Positions 45,370 through 56,378 of a DNA stretch of 64,000 nt are shown here, piece by piece; position 1 is the stretch's first letter, and every line of letters begins with the position of its first letter. The DNA is taken from sequence record PP400782. The stretch is one strand, 5' to 3'. A program made the position numbers and the translations under genes. Origin of the DNA: Escherichia phage FL31. The notes under the pieces are model-generated. The model was given only the letters and a program-made list of their open reading frames with translations, had not been told where the DNA came from and did no database searches.

Positions 45370-46104
45370 TTACCTTAAGATTTTTTCAATTTTAGAATAA
45401 AGCTCTTCTAACGAGCCGTCGTTTGTAATAACTAAGTCGCCTTCTTCAATAGGCAACCCAGCTTCTGTAATATGTTTATCAGTGGATTCCGTACCAGAGC
45501 GAACCACATGAATAACTGTAGCACCCATCGCTCTAGCGGTTTCCATTTCATGGACTTGGCGTGTATCGGTCACAACGTAGTAATCGAAATCACTTCCAAT
45601 ATAATCCATATAGTTTAATGCAAAAAGTTTAACCCAATACATACGGTCAAATAAATTAACGACAACATCCGTACCGAGGGCTTGCATAAGACGGCGGATT
45701 GACCACGTGTCGTTGATATTATTTATAGCTTCACGCAGGGCTTCGTACGGTTTAATATCTAGATATGAGTATCCACCTTCTAGTGATGATAATACGTTAA
45801 CACCATTAATTGGCAGGTATTGTCGTTGTAAATAAATTAGCGTTTCTTCCATTAATTCAATAACATCCAATTTATTGAGATTTAATGGTGTTTCACGGTC
45901 GTATCCAATGCCTTCAAAGTATTCATATTTCAACTCGGTGAATACATCAGGGTTTTCGGCATGTTTACGCTCCCAAGCTATTGCTAGAGCGTCTTTAATT
46001 GGATACGCTAATTGATATTTTATAGATTTAAAGTTTGAATTGATGTAATCAGCAGTAGTGTCTTTACCACTACGTTTGATGCCGCTTAAAAAGATTAGCT
46101 CCAT
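45370..46104 (-). CDS. 1: Deoxynucleoside monophosphate kinase gp1
   Basis: 244 aa; MELIFLSGIKRSGKDTTADYI P-loop; T4 gp1-like. Confidence 0.9.
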   Translation of the reverse strand: MELIFLSGIKRSGKDTTADYINSNFKSIKYQLAYPIKDALAIAWERKHAENPDVFTELKYEYFEGIGYDRETPLNLNKLDVIELMEETLIYLQRQYLPINGVNVLSSLEGGYSYLDIKPYEALREAINNINDTWSIRRLMQALGTDVVVNLFDRMYWVKLFALNYMDYIGSDFDYYVVTDTRQVHEMETARAMGATVIHVVRSGTESTDKHITEAGLPIEEGDLVITNDGSLEELYSKIEKILR

Positions 46105-46158
46105 AGGTTTTTCCTCATATAATTTATGAACGATTATAACATATGGAGCTAGAAGCGA

Positions 46159-46743
46159 TTAGCGCAAGGAAGGGTGTCTAGAAATGGATTTAGATTCGGC
46201 AGCCTGACGTGGTTGTTGAGATACAATGACTTCGCCATCCTTTTCTATCGTCATATACGCGTAATGAATAGTTGCTACGCAAGTAACGGCAGGGTCAGAG
46301 TCTTCGGTGTAACTAAATTCAATTTCACTCAAATCAGAAATCCATGGTTTATAGAAATTCGCCGTCAAAACTACTTCAGTCTTATTGTTGTTTAAAATGT
46401 GCAAAGTAACAAACTCAGGACCATCGGAGTGTGCCGTATTATGTCCGGTTATATAGTTATTAGTGCTGAGCATCCATTTATACATGTTCATCCAGGACGT
46501 CATGTCTTCATCAACTATAAATCGTACAACAAAAGGGTCATATTCAAATGTGGTGCCTGCACGCATTGCACGTCCTAACCCCATTGTGCCTGTCACAGTT
46601 TCAACAACAGGAATTCTCACACCTGGCAATGGAGCCGTTTGGGCATTGAGCACAAAACCTGAAGTTCGTGTACTATCCGGGATATCCACAACAAAGTTTG
46701 TTATATTTGTTTGGTTAAAAATCTGTCTCGCTGGACGAGTCAT
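46159..46743 (-). CDS. 3: Tail completion/sheath stabiliser gp3
   Basis: By synteny (1-3-2-4) and size; ATG at 46743 (track start is GTG). Confidence 0.7.
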   Translation of the reverse strand: MTRPARQIFNQTNITNFVVDIPDSTRTSGFVLNAQTAPLPGVRIPVVETVTGTMGLGRAMRAGTTFEYDPFVVRFIVDEDMTSWMNMYKWMLSTNNYITGHNTAHSDGPEFVTLHILNNNKTEVVLTANFYKPWISDLSEIEFSYTEDSDPAVTCVATIHYAYMTIEKDGEVIVSQQPRQAAESKSISRHPSLR

Positions 46744-46845
46744 AAGCACCTCAAAAACGCTTTAATAAAAATGCAGTATAATGGTTTTAGGTCTCTTCCA
46801 TTAATCCGGTTTAACAGAATATCAGACGAACGGAAGAGAATAGAA

Positions 46846-47667
46846 TTAAGATTTCCAAACAGTATTTGCAGAGAAACGTTTTCCTTTTGACATAAACTGC
46901 TGAGTAGGTAACATGATTATGTTAGCCCAGTCTTTAGGAGCTATTTCTGTTATTGTTCCTCTAATGTGGCCTGGCAGGTATGCTTTAATCATTTTGTCAG
47001 CACCTTGAAATCCTTTCACCTTGCTCCAGTCTATCTTCAACTTTGTGTTATTAGTAATAGTAGTTGTGCTAGCATATTGCTTCAGCAATTCTTCAAGAAA
47101 CTGTTGACGTGCTTTAGGTGGGATATAGTGCAAGTTTAACCCATACATCAAATTATGTTTACCTAATCCTAAATAAATAATCAAAGGATATCTGTCCCAA
47201 TACGGTAGAGTATCTTTATGTTTAGCATCATACACGTAAGTATAAATTTTGCCTGGCGTAGGCTTGACTACTTTATGACCTTTTACACTTTTCTTAATTG
47301 TTTCAACAAACCACTTGGATGATTTGTTGTTTACTGCTGCGCCTTCATTTCTAATCTTTTCTCGTATTGAACTGCGAAACGAGTTTATCATCAGAAGTTG
47401 ACGTTCTTGCTTATTGAGTTTATTTTTAGGTTTAGATTCAAGCGTTTCAATTTTCTGTGCAGTCTTAATAGATGATGCATATCTAGACATTGCAGATGTA
47501 AACGACGAGTATTTTATTCCTTTTGATTCTGCAAATGCTTTTGCAGTGATTCCTTTCTCTTTAGCTTTCTTGTATTCTAATCCTATCTCAATCCATTTTC
47601 TTTCATTCATAGACTGAGCAATCTTAGGGGCTTGTACGCCTTCAGATATAATTTGGAATATGCTCAT
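46846..47667 (-). CDS. 2: DNA end protector gp2
   Basis: 273 aa, basic; synteny between 3 and 4. Confidence 0.75.
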   Translation of the reverse strand: MSIFQIISEGVQAPKIAQSMNERKWIEIGLEYKKAKEKGITAKAFAESKGIKYSSFTSAMSRYASSIKTAQKIETLESKPKNKLNKQERQLLMINSFRSSIREKIRNEGAAVNNKSSKWFVETIKKSVKGHKVVKPTPGKIYTYVYDAKHKDTLPYWDRYPLIIYLGLGKHNLMYGLNLHYIPPKARQQFLEELLKQYASTTTITNNTKLKIDWSKVKGFQGADKMIKAYLPGHIRGTITEIAPKDWANIIMLPTQQFMSKGKRFSANTVWKS

Positions 47668-47669
47668 AA

Positions 47670-48119
47670 TTACCCCTTGTATCCGAGTTTTCTAAGTCCG
47701 TCTTCGGTTAGAACTCGAAATTTTATATTTCTCTTTTCAGCAACAGCTGAGGCAGCTTTCCATTTGTCACAGTTCACAGACCACGTGTAGATTTCATTCA
47801 TATAACGTTTCTTAGCCGCAGTTGTAAGATTCACCGGTTTAATAGGCGGCTGAGTTTCTTTCTTTGGTTTTATTTCTACAAAGAACTCTTGACCTGATGC
47901 ATCTTTCATCCATATGTCCATATAGTATCGACGTTTCTTACCTTCGGCATTACAAAAATATGGAATTACTGCTGTTTCACTACCCCATGCAATAATTTCT
48001 GGATTTTTATCCAACCATTCGAAAAAGAATTTTTCCCAGTTTGAACGATACGTTATTTTGGTATGGTCTCCACGGTATTTTTTTAAATTTTTTGGGACCC
48101 ATTTACCAGAGTAGGCCAT
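47670..48119 (-). CDS. 4: Head completion protein gp4
   Basis: ATG at 48119 with AAGGAGG RBS; [26 protein letters not shown]... matches recalled T4 gp4. Confidence 0.85.
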   Translation of the reverse strand: MAYSGKWVPKNLKKYRGDHTKITYRSNWEKFFFEWLDKNPEIIAWGSETAVIPYFCNAEGKKRRYYMDIWMKDASGQEFFVEIKPKKETQPPIKPVNLTTAAKKRYMNEIYTWSVNCDKWKAASAVAEKRNIKFRVLTEDGLRKLGYKG

Positions 48120-48130
48120 GTTGTCCTCCT

Positions 48131-48138
48131 TATAAATA
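48131..48138 (+). promoter_or_regulatory. T4 late promoter (TATAAATA) for gene 53
   Basis: Exact TATAAATA 43 nt upstream of the gene 53 start. Confidence 0.6.
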
Positions 48139-48145
48139 GTATTAT

Positions 48146-48153
48146 TATTTATA
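48146..48153 (-). promoter_or_regulatory. Divergent T4 late promoter (TATAAATA on minus strand) for genes 4-2-3
   Basis: Plus strand tatttata = minus strand TATAAATA, about 27 nt upstream of the gene 4 ATG. Confidence 0.55.
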
Positions 48154-48180
48154 CCAATTTCATATTGGAAGGAGACTATC

Positions 48181-48756
48181 TTGTTATTTACATTCTTCGA
48201 CCCAATAGGATATAGTGCTAAAACAGTTGATAAGAATGCACCTACTATTCCTATGACAGACATATTTCGTAACTATAAAGAGTACTTTAAGCGTGTTGCT
48301 GCCAATTATAGATTACGTTCTTATTATATTAAAGGCTCTCCACGTCCTGAAGAACTAGCGAATATCATTTATGGCAACCCTCAATTATACTGGGTCCTTT
48401 TGATGTGTAATGATAACTATGATCCGTATTATGGTTGGATTACATCTCAGGAAGCAGCGTATCAAGCTTCTATTCAGAAGTATGCAAATGCAGGTGGAGA
48501 CCAAATTCTTTATCATATTAACGAAAAACGCGAGAAATTTTACAACTTAGTTTCATATCCAGATGAGCCATTAGTATGGTATGATAAAGGCGACAAAGCT
48601 CGTAAGTATCCGCAATATAAAGGACCTTTAGCTGCAGTAGATACTTATGAAGCGGCAGTATTAGATAATGAAAAACTTCGTAAAATAAAAATTGTTGCAA
48701 AAGAAGATATAAACTCATTTATCACTGATTTGATTCGTGAGATGGAGATTGCATAA
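48181..48756 (+). CDS. 53: Baseplate wedge protein gp53 (apparent TTG start)
   Basis: 191 aa; MLFTFFDPIGYSAKTVDKNAPTIPMTDIFRNY...; strong GGAAGGAG RBS; no in-frame ATG upstream. Confidence 0.85.
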   Translation: MLFTFFDPIGYSAKTVDKNAPTIPMTDIFRNYKEYFKRVAANYRLRSYYIKGSPRPEELANIIYGNPQLYWVLLMCNDNYDPYYGWITSQEAAYQASIQKYANAGGDQILYHINEKREKFYNLVSYPDEPLVWYDKGDKARKYPQYKGPLAAVDTYEAAVLDNEKLRKIKIVAKEDINSFITDLIREMEIA

Positions 48757-50489
48757 TGGAAATGATTAGTAGTAGCCTTAATTGGTTTGTAGGTGTTGTT
48801 GAAGACAGAATGGACCCATTGAAACAAGGGCGTGTTCGAGTACGAGTCGTAGGCCTGCATCCGGCGCAGAGAACACAAGGTGATGTACAAGGTATTCCTA
48901 CAGAAAAACTTCCATGGATGACTGTTATTCAACCTATTACGTCTGCATCAATGTCAGGTATTGGTGGTTCTGTTACAGGTCCTGTTGAAGGAACTCGAGT
49001 ATATGGTCATTTCTTAGACAAATGGAAAACAAACGGTATTGTACTCGGTACATACGGTGGAATCGTACGTGAAAAGCCTAATAGACTTGAAGGTTTTTCA
49101 GACCCGACAGGCCAGTATCCACGACGTTTAGGTAATGATACGAACGTATTAAACCAAGGTGGTGAAGCTGGTTATTATTCGAACTCTAACGTAATTCAAG
49201 ATAACAACTTGGATTATGGTATAAACCCAGACGATACAGATTTAGCAAATATTCCAGAAGATGATGACCCAAATTTTACAATAACAGAAATGTTACGTCG
49301 TGACGAAGGTCTTCGTGATAAAGTGTATTGGGACCATCTCGGATATCCTACAGTAGGTATTGGACACCTTATCGTAATGGAAAAGACCCGAGATATGTCT
49401 CGAATTAATAAATTGTTATCCGATCAAGTAGGGCGTGAAGTAACAGGAAATCCAGGGACTATTACATTAGAAGAAGCAACAGCGTTATTTGAGAAAGACC
49501 TTGCTAAGATGCAGAAAGACATTCGTTCTAATTCTAAAGTAGGTCCTGTTTATGCTAAAATGAACAGATCTCGCCAAATGGCATTAGAAAACATGTGCTT
49601 CCAAATGGGCGTTGGTGGTGTAGCAAAATTCAATACTATGCTTAAAGCAATGGCCGAAGGTGATTGGAAAACTGCATACAAATCTGGACGCGATTCATTA
49701 TGGTTCCAACAGACTAAAGGACGCGCTTCACGTGTAACAACAATTATTTTAACCGGTAACATGGAATCATACGGTGTTCCTGTTAAAACACCGCCTTCAC
49801 CAGGAGTTGGTGCCGATTTAGTTACTAGAAATACCGATCCAGAAGACCCGGCTGGTCCTCCTGTTCCATTAGATTCACGCATCCTTTTTAAAGAACCGGA
49901 ATCAAGTTATCGTGGTGAGTATCCATACGTTCATGCTATGGAAACAGAAAGTGGTCATATCCAAGAATTTGACGATACTCCAGGTAATGAACGTTATCGC
50001 TTAGTTCATCCAACAGGGTCATATGAGGAAGTTTCTCCATCCGGGCGTCGTACTCGTAAAACTGTAGAAGACCTTTTTGACATCACTAATGGTGATGGGA
50101 ACTTTTTGATTTCTGGCGATAAGCTTGTTAACGTTGGTGCTAATGAAATATATTATAACATGGCAGACCGCCTCCATCAAATAGATGGCAATGACACAAT
50201 CTTTATTCGTGGCAACCAAGTTAAAACTGTTGAAGGCGATGGAACTCTTTATGTTAAGGGTAATATCAAAATAGTTGTTGACGGAAATGCAGATATTCTT
50301 GTTAAAGGTGATGCTAAAACTCAGGTCGAAGGGAATCATGATTACACCGTAAACGGAAACGTTAAATGGACTGTTAATGGTAATGTTGATATGACTGTTA
50401 CCGGGGATTGGGCAGAGACAATGTCTACAATGAGCTCAATAGCTTCAGGACAATACACTGTTGACGGATCTCGTATTGATATTGGGTAA
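48756..50489 (+). CDS. 5: Baseplate hub/tail lysozyme gp5
   Basis: 577 aa; central T4-lysozyme-like domain (TEMLRRDEGLRDKVYWDHLGYPTVGIGHL) and C-terminal VxGxxxV beta-helix repeats. Confidence 0.95.
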   Translation: MEMISSSLNWFVGVVEDRMDPLKQGRVRVRVVGLHPAQRTQGDVQGIPTEKLPWMTVIQPITSASMSGIGGSVTGPVEGTRVYGHFLDKWKTNGIVLGTYGGIVREKPNRLEGFSDPTGQYPRRLGNDTNVLNQGGEAGYYSNSNVIQDNNLDYGINPDDTDLANIPEDDDPNFTITEMLRRDEGLRDKVYWDHLGYPTVGIGHLIVMEKTRDMSRINKLLSDQVGREVTGNPGTITLEEATALFEKDLAKMQKDIRSNSKVGPVYAKMNRSRQMALENMCFQMGVGGVAKFNTMLKAMAEGDWKTAYKSGRDSLWFQQTKGRASRVTTIILTGNMESYGVPVKTPPSPGVGADLVTRNTDPEDPAGPPVPLDSRILFKEPESSYRGEYPYVHAMETESGHIQEFDDTPGNERYRLVHPTGSYEEVSPSGRRTRKTVEDLFDITNGDGNFLISGDKLVNVGANEIYYNMADRLHQIDGNDTIFIRGNQVKTVEGDGTLYVKGNIKIVVDGNADILVKGDAKTQVEGNHDYTVNGNVKWTVNGNVDMTVTGDWAETMSTMSSIASGQYTVDGSRIDIG

Positions 50490-50492
50490 TAT

Positions 50493-51008
50493 ATGGCACA
50501 AATACTTCCTTTAAATACCGACTTAGGAGAAGACATGGAAGGGGCGTCTATTGACGTCCTTTTTACTCCGCAGTTAGAAACAACCGAAACTTTAGTGTCA
50601 ATAAATATAACAGATTATGAACCGACACAAGGCATTGCGGTAGATGGCAATCGTTTATATGGAACATATGAAAGTGTGTTTAGCTTTTCTTCAGATGCAT
50701 TGAAATACCGATTAAATGATGATTTTGAAACCGCATCTTCATGGGATGATTTACCAAAAGATGAATCCACACAGTTATATTTGTGGAGAGCTCCTCAGAA
50801 TCTTCGTAAAGTGTTTAGTTATACGGTTGAAATGATTTATAACTACCAAGAAGAAAGTTCATCAGGCGGTTCTAGAAGTGACTCTGGTACAGAACCTCCG
50901 CCAGCTCCGATACAAAAAACTCTTACTAAGGTTTATACAAAAACTATAGTAGGAAATTGGAGCAAATGGGCTCAACAATTACGAAACTATGTTTATGCGA
51001 GGCCATAA
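50493..51008 (+). CDS. Hypothetical protein (5.1 position)
   Basis: 171 aa ORF between 5 and 5.4. Confidence 0.6.
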   Translation: MAQILPLNTDLGEDMEGASIDVLFTPQLETTETLVSINITDYEPTQGIAVDGNRLYGTYESVFSFSSDALKYRLNDDFETASSWDDLPKDESTQLYLWRAPQNLRKVFSYTVEMIYNYQEESSSGGSRSDSGTEPPPAPIQKTLTKVYTKTIVGNWSKWAQQLRNYVYARP

Positions 51009-51010
51009 AA

Positions 51011-51304
51011 ATGTCTGGATTAAGTTACGACAAGTGCGTTACAGCAGGTCATGAAGCATGGCCTCCTACTGTAATAAATGCTTCCCAATCTAAAGTGTTC
51101 ACCGGCGGTATTCCTGTTCTTGTGGCAGGAGACCAAATAACACCTCATACAGAAATTAAAAAACCATACGAGACTCATGGAGGTGTTACTGAACCTCGTA
51201 CATCTAAAGTATACGTCACCGGTAAAAAGGCCGTTCAAATGGCTGACCCAATTTCATGCGGGGATACTGTTTCTCAGGCCTCGTCAAAAGTCTTTATAAA
51301 ATAG
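51011..51304 (+). CDS. 5.4: PAAR-repeat spike tip protein gp5.4
   Basis: 97 aa from ATG at 51011; size and position match T4 gp5.4. Confidence 0.7.
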   Translation: MSGLSYDKCVTAGHEAWPPTVINASQSKVFTGGIPVLVAGDQITPHTEIKKPYETHGGVTEPRTSKVYVTGKKAVQMADPISCGDTVSQASSKVFIK

Positions 51305-51312
51305 GAATTAAA

Positions 51313-53283
51313 ATGGCAAACACTCCTGTAAATTATCAATTAACCCGAACAGCGAATGCTATTCCCGAGATTTTTATCGGGGGCACATTTGCCGAAATCA
51401 AACAGAACATTATCGAATGGCTTAATGGACAGAATGAATTTCTTGATTATGATTTTGAAGGTTCACGCTTAAACGTATTGTGTGACCTTTTAGCATATAA
51501 TACTCTTTATATCCAACAGTTCAGTAATAGTGCAGTGTATGAAAGCTTTATGCGTACTGCTAACTTGCGCAGTTCCGTTGTACAAGCGGCTCAGGATAAT
51601 GGATATCTGCCTGCATCTAAATCAGCAGCACAAACAGAAATTATGCTCACATGTACGGATGCATTAAATAGAAACTATATCACTATTCCACGTGGTACTC
51701 GTTTCCTGGCGTATGCTAAAGGTACTTCTGTAAATCCATATAACTTTGTTTCCACCGAAGACGTCATTGTAGTTAAAGACAAAAATAATCAATATTTCCC
51801 ACGTCTTAGGTTAGCTCAGGGACGTATTGTTCGTACTGAATTAATATTTGATAAATTAAAACCTATCATTATTCGTGATAAGAACATCGACCGTAATTTG
51901 GTTAAATTGTATGTTGACGGAGCAGAATGGATTAACTGGACTCGCAAATCGATGGTTCATGCTGGTTCTACTTCAACCATTTATTATATGCGAGAAACTG
52001 TTGACGGGAACACTGAATTTTATTTTGGTGAAGGTGAAATCTCTATTAACACATCAGAAGGTGCTTTAACATCCAACTACATTGGTGGCCTTAAACCTGT
52101 CCAGGGTTCTAAAATCGTAATTGAATATATTTCTACTAATGGTGCTGAAGCAAATGGTGCAGTAGGATTCTCTTATGCTGATACATTAGCTAATATCACA
52201 GTTATTGGAATTAATGAAAACCCAAGTAATAACCCTGACTTCGTTGGTGCGGATGGCGGTGGCGACCCTGAAGATATTGAACGTATCCGTGAATTAGGTA
52301 CAATTAAACGTGAAACTCAACAACGATGTGTGACTGCGACTGATTACGACACATTCGTCTCTGAACGATTTGGTTCTATTATTCAAGCGGTTCAGACATT
52401 TACGGATTCATCTAAGCCTGGGTACGCATTTATTGCTGCTAAACCTAAGTCTGGGTTATATTTGACTTCCGTCCAACGAGATGATATTAAAAATTATCTT
52501 AATGAGTATAACTTAGGGACGATAACTCCTGTTGTTATTTCTCCTGATTATTTGTTTATTAAAATGAATATTCGCGTTACGTATGCATTGAACAAATTAC
52601 AGGAATCTGAACAATGGTTAGAAGGCCAAATTATTAATAAAATCGACCGTTATTATATTGAAGACGTGGAAATTTTTAACTCGTCATTCGCAAAATCTAA
52701 AATGTTAACGTATGTCGATGACGCGGATATTTCTATCATTGGTTCGTCTGCGACTATTCAAATGGTTCGCGAGGTACAGAACTTCTACAAAACACCTGAA
52801 ACAGGTATTAAATACAATAACCAGATTAAAGATAGAACATTAGAATCTAACGTGTTTTCATTTGATAGTTTACGCGTTGACCCTGAAACGGAAGCTACTA
52901 TTAAATACGACGTTCGCATTGTAGGTTCAGATAGAAATGACCGCGGCATTGGACAAGTTATTATTGGCCCGTTTGCAGATGGCGACGTTATAGAAAACGC
53001 TTATATTCAACCATATACTGGTGACGATTTTAATAAACTTCATGTTACGGACGGAAGAAACAAATATTACTCTATAGGTGAAGTAAATTATCCGGCTGAT
53101 TCAATTTATTGGAATATAGCTAAAATTGATTTAACTTCTGATAGGTTTGAAGTTCAAACTATTGAACTCTATTCAGACCCAGCTGATGATGTTATCTTTA
53201 CTAAAGACGGGTCATTAATTGTATTTGAAAATGACTTACGTCCACAATATTTAACCATAGATTTGGAGCCTATTTCACAATGA
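51313..53283 (+). CDS. 6: Baseplate wedge protein gp6
   Basis: ATG at 51313; MANTPVNYQLTRTANAIPEIF... matches recalled T4 gp6. Confidence 0.9.
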   Translation: MANTPVNYQLTRTANAIPEIFIGGTFAEIKQNIIEWLNGQNEFLDYDFEGSRLNVLCDLLAYNTLYIQQFSNSAVYESFMRTANLRSSVVQAAQDNGYLPASKSAAQTEIMLTCTDALNRNYITIPRGTRFLAYAKGTSVNPYNFVSTEDVIVVKDKNNQYFPRLRLAQGRIVRTELIFDKLKPIIIRDKNIDRNLVKLYVDGAEWINWTRKSMVHAGSTSTIYYMRETVDGNTEFYFGEGEISINTSEGALTSNYIGGLKPVQGSKIVIEYISTNGAEANGAVGFSYADTLANITVIGINENPSNNPDFVGADGGGDPEDIERIRELGTIKRETQQRCVTATDYDTFVSERFGSIIQAVQTFTDSSKPGYAFIAAKPKSGLYLTSVQRDDIKNYLNEYNLGTITPVVISPDYLFIKMNIRVTYALNKLQESEQWLEGQIINKIDRYYIEDVEIFNSSFAKSKMLTYVDDADISIIGSSATIQMVREVQNFYKTPETGIKYNNQIKDRTLESNVFSFDSLRVDPETEATIKYDVRIVGSDRNDRGIGQVIIGPFADGDVIENAYIQPYTGDDFNKLHVTDGRNKYYSIGEVNYPADSIYWNIAKIDLTSDRFEVQTIELYSDPADDVIFTKDGSLIVFENDLRPQYLTIDLEPISQ

Positions 53284-56200
53284 CAGTAAAAGCGCCAGCA
53301 GTCACGAGTCTCAGATTATCTAAATTGTCCGCAAACCAAGTTCAAATTCGCTGGGATGAGGTTGGCGCTAATTTCTACTATTTTGTGGAAATAGCTGAGA
53401 CCAAAACAGCTAACGGGGAAGTAATTCCACGTAATAGCTATAGATGGACTAATTTAGGATATACCGCTGATAACAATTTCTTTGAGTCCGGTTTAAATTC
53501 ATTAACAACATATATGATGCGTGTGGCTACAGCAGCGGAGGGATTTGAGCAGTCTGATTGGAGATACACCGAAGAGTTTGAAACATTTGAAATAAACGCT
53601 TACACATTCCAACATATGATTGAAATGCAATTAGCTAATGAGTTTATTTCTGAAAAATTTACAAAAAATAATACAAACTACGTTGATTTTAATAATGACA
53701 CGATCATGGCAGCCCTGATGAGCGAGTCGTTCCAATTTAGTCCTGCATACACCGATGTGTCGTCGATTAGAAATTTTATAATTGGTGAAAATCAGTATCA
53801 TGAAATCCAGGGGCATATCCAGGACGTATGTAAAGATATAAATCGAGTATATCTAATGGAATCTGAAGGAATTCTTTACCTTTTTGAAAGATTCCAACCT
53901 ATTGTAAAAGTGTCTAATGATAAAGGCCAAACATGGAAAGCGGTTAAATTGCTTAATGACCGTGTAGGATATCCACTTTCACGAACTGTATATTACCAAT
54001 CAGAATATACGACGTATTTGCTCGGCTATGATAAGATTTTTTACGGGCGTAAATCATCCGATATTCGTTGGTCTGCTGATGATGTTCGTTTCAGTTCACA
54101 AGATGTAACATTTGCTAAAATCGGGGACCGATTAAATTTAGGTTTTGATGTAGAGATTTTCGGTACATACGCGTCATTACCAGGAAACGTATCACGTATT
54201 GCAGAAGCTATTACTTGTAATGATGACTATGTTTATATTGCGGCCAGAGATAAAGTTCGCTTCGTTAAAACCAGTAACGCTCCTATTGATTCAGATCCAT
54301 TATCTCCGACCTATTCCGAACGGTTGTTTGAACCTGAGACGTTTACAATAACAGGCAACCCTAAAGCAGTTTGTTATAAAATGGATTCTGTTGGTGGAAG
54401 AATATTCGCTCTTATTATTGGTGAAGTCGAAAACGTTAATGACGACCCAAGAACAAAGCCTATTTTGGATTCCGTTGATAAAGGTGTATACGTTTTAGAC
54501 CATGACGCTGGAACATTTAAAAGGATATTTGGTAATACCGAAGAAGAACGCCGTCGTATAGAACCGGCTTTCACCAATATGTCTACTGATGGTGTTGAGC
54601 TTTATATCTCTTCTAGTAATTTTAAATTTTTAGAATCTGATATTGTTGACGACCCAGAAACGCAATCTAAGTATGGACTTTTAGAAGCAGTTAAGTATGA
54701 ATATCCTAGAGAATGGCTCGCAGATAAACATTACCATATGATGATTTTCGCATCAAACGAAGAAAGTAATTGGGAAACTTTTTCACCAACTCCTATGCAG
54801 TATTATGCAGAACCTTTCTTTAGTTATTCTAGAAAATCAGGCACACGTTCTTGGATTAATAACTCTGATAGAGCGGTAGTGATTTATTCTGATTTGCTTT
54901 ACACAAAGGTAGTGGAAAGCCACCCTAGCACTTCACCTGATCGCAAAGTTCATGAATACTGGAATGATGGCGATTGTAAGATTGTTATGCCGAATATAGA
55001 ATTCACCGGATTTAAAAAATACGCATCTGGTATGTTATTTTATAAATCATCAGGTGAAATAATTTCATATTATGATTTTAGTTATCGTGTTAGAGATAAC
55101 GTTTCTATAATTTGGAAGCCCACTAACGTATTCTTGACCGCCTCATTACAAAACCAAGAAAAAGAAACTTCTTGGGTTCCTGTTGAAGAGACAGGTCTAG
55201 CTGACCCGGATTTACGCCCATTACTCACTACAATGATGCCAGAGTCTTATCTGTTGGATAATACAAACTTTGAAGCATTTTGTGAAGCGTATATTCAATA
55301 TCTTTCTGATGGATACGGGACTCATTATAATAACTTATTGAATTTGATTAAAAATAAATACCCACGAGAAGAACACGCCTGGGAATATCTTTGGTCTGAA
55401 ATTTATAAACGGAACATTTATTTGAATGCTGAGAAACGTGATTTAGTTTCTAGGTTCTTTGAGTCCAGAAGTTATGATTTTTATTCTACTAAAGGAACTG
55501 AAGCGTCGTATAAGTTTTTGTTTAAAGTTCTTTATAACGAAGACGTTGAAGTTGAAATCGAGTCATCTGCTGGAACAGAGTACGATATCATAATTCAATC
55601 TGATTCTATAAGTGAAGATTTGGTTGGACAAACTATATACACCGCTACAGGTAGATGTAATGTTACATATTTAGAAAGAAGCTATTCTAAAGGTAAATTA
55701 CAATGGACTGTGACTATTCATAACCTTTTAGGTAGGCTTTTAGTCGGTCAAGAAGTAAAAGCCGAAAGACTAGCAGATTTTGAAGGTGAAATAGTTCGCG
55801 GTATTAAAGGTAAAGAACTTGCCCAAAACACTATCGATTATTTTAATCGTGGTAGAGCTTATTACGTCATGAAAATAAAGTCAAATCTTCCATCCTCTCG
55901 TTGGAAATCTGACGTACTACGTTTTGTACATCCGGTAGGATTTGGATTTATTGCAATAACCTTATTAACAATGTTTATTAATACAGGATTAACGCTTAAA
56001 CATGTTGGAACTATTATTAATAAATATAAAAATTATAAGTGGGATTCCGGACTGCCTACGGAATATGCAGACCGAGTCGCTCGTTTAGACCCTCAAGGTA
56101 ATGTGGAATTCAATCCTGTTACAGGTGAAGTAATTTATGATGCTGGTCCTTATGCTGGTATCGAATACCCTTTACCTGCAAATTATAACGAAGAAAATGA

Positions 56201-56378
56201 TAACTCTATTTTCCAAGGACAATTACCGTCCGAACGACGCAAGCAAATGAGCCCATTATTTGATGCATCAGGTACAACGTTCTCTAGATTTAGAGAGCTT
56301 GTTAATGAAAGATTGTTAGATAACGTGGGAAATCCTAGAGACCCGATTAATCCACCACAGGTTAAATTAGATGAATGA
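53280..56378 (+). CDS. 7: Baseplate wedge initiator gp7
   Basis: 1032 aa ORF; size and synteny. Confidence 0.9.
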   Translation: MTVKAPAVTSLRLSKLSANQVQIRWDEVGANFYYFVEIAETKTANGEVIPRNSYRWTNLGYTADNNFFESGLNSLTTYMMRVATAAEGFEQSDWRYTEEFETFEINAYTFQHMIEMQLANEFISEKFTKNNTNYVDFNNDTIMAALMSESFQFSPAYTDVSSIRNFIIGENQYHEIQGHIQDVCKDINRVYLMESEGILYLFERFQPIVKVSNDKGQTWKAVKLLNDRVGYPLSRTVYYQSEYTTYLLGYDKIFYGRKSSDIRWSADDVRFSSQDVTFAKIGDRLNLGFDVEIFGTYASLPGNVSRIAEAITCNDDYVYIAARDKVRFVKTSNAPIDSDPLSPTYSERLFEPETFTITGNPKAVCYKMDSVGGRIFALIIGEVENVNDDPRTKPILDSVDKGVYVLDHDAGTFKRIFGNTEEERRRIEPAFTNMSTDGVELYISSSNFKFLESDIVDDPETQSKYGLLEAVKYEYPREWLADKHYHMMIFASNEESNWETFSPTPMQYYAEPFFSYSRKSGTRSWINNSDRAVVIYSDLLYTKVVESHPSTSPDRKVHEYWNDGDCKIVMPNIEFTGFKKYASGMLFYKSSGEIISYYDFSYRVRDNVSIIWKPTNVFLTASLQNQEKETSWVPVEETGLADPDLRPLLTTMMPESYLLDNTNFEAFCEAYIQYLSDGYGTHYNNLLNLIKNKYPREEHAWEYLWSEIYKRNIYLNAEKRDLVSRFFESRSYDFYSTKGTEASYKFLFKVLYNEDVEVEIESSAGTEYDIIIQSDSISEDLVGQTIYTATGRCNVTYLERSYSKGKLQWTVTIHNLLGRLLVGQEVKAERLADFEGEIVRGIKGKELAQNTIDYFNRGRAYYVMKIKSNLPSSRWKSDVLRFVHPVGFGFIAITLLTMFINTGLTLKHVGTIINKYKNYKWDSGLPTEYADRVARLDPQGNVEFNPVTGEVIYDAGPYAGIEYPLPANYNEENDNSIFQGQLPSERRKQMSPLFDASGTTFSRFRELVNERLLDNVGNPRDPINPPQVKLDE

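Noticed and set aside
46105-46150. Promoter cassette upstream of gene 1
   Set aside because: A TATAAT-like -10 is present but there is no GTTTAC -35 and no flanking inverted repeat; not counted with the cassette family.
49550-50339. Minus-strand ORFs (110 and 106 codons) inside gene 5
   Set aside because: Antisense to the well-supported gp5 reading frame; composition-driven open frames.
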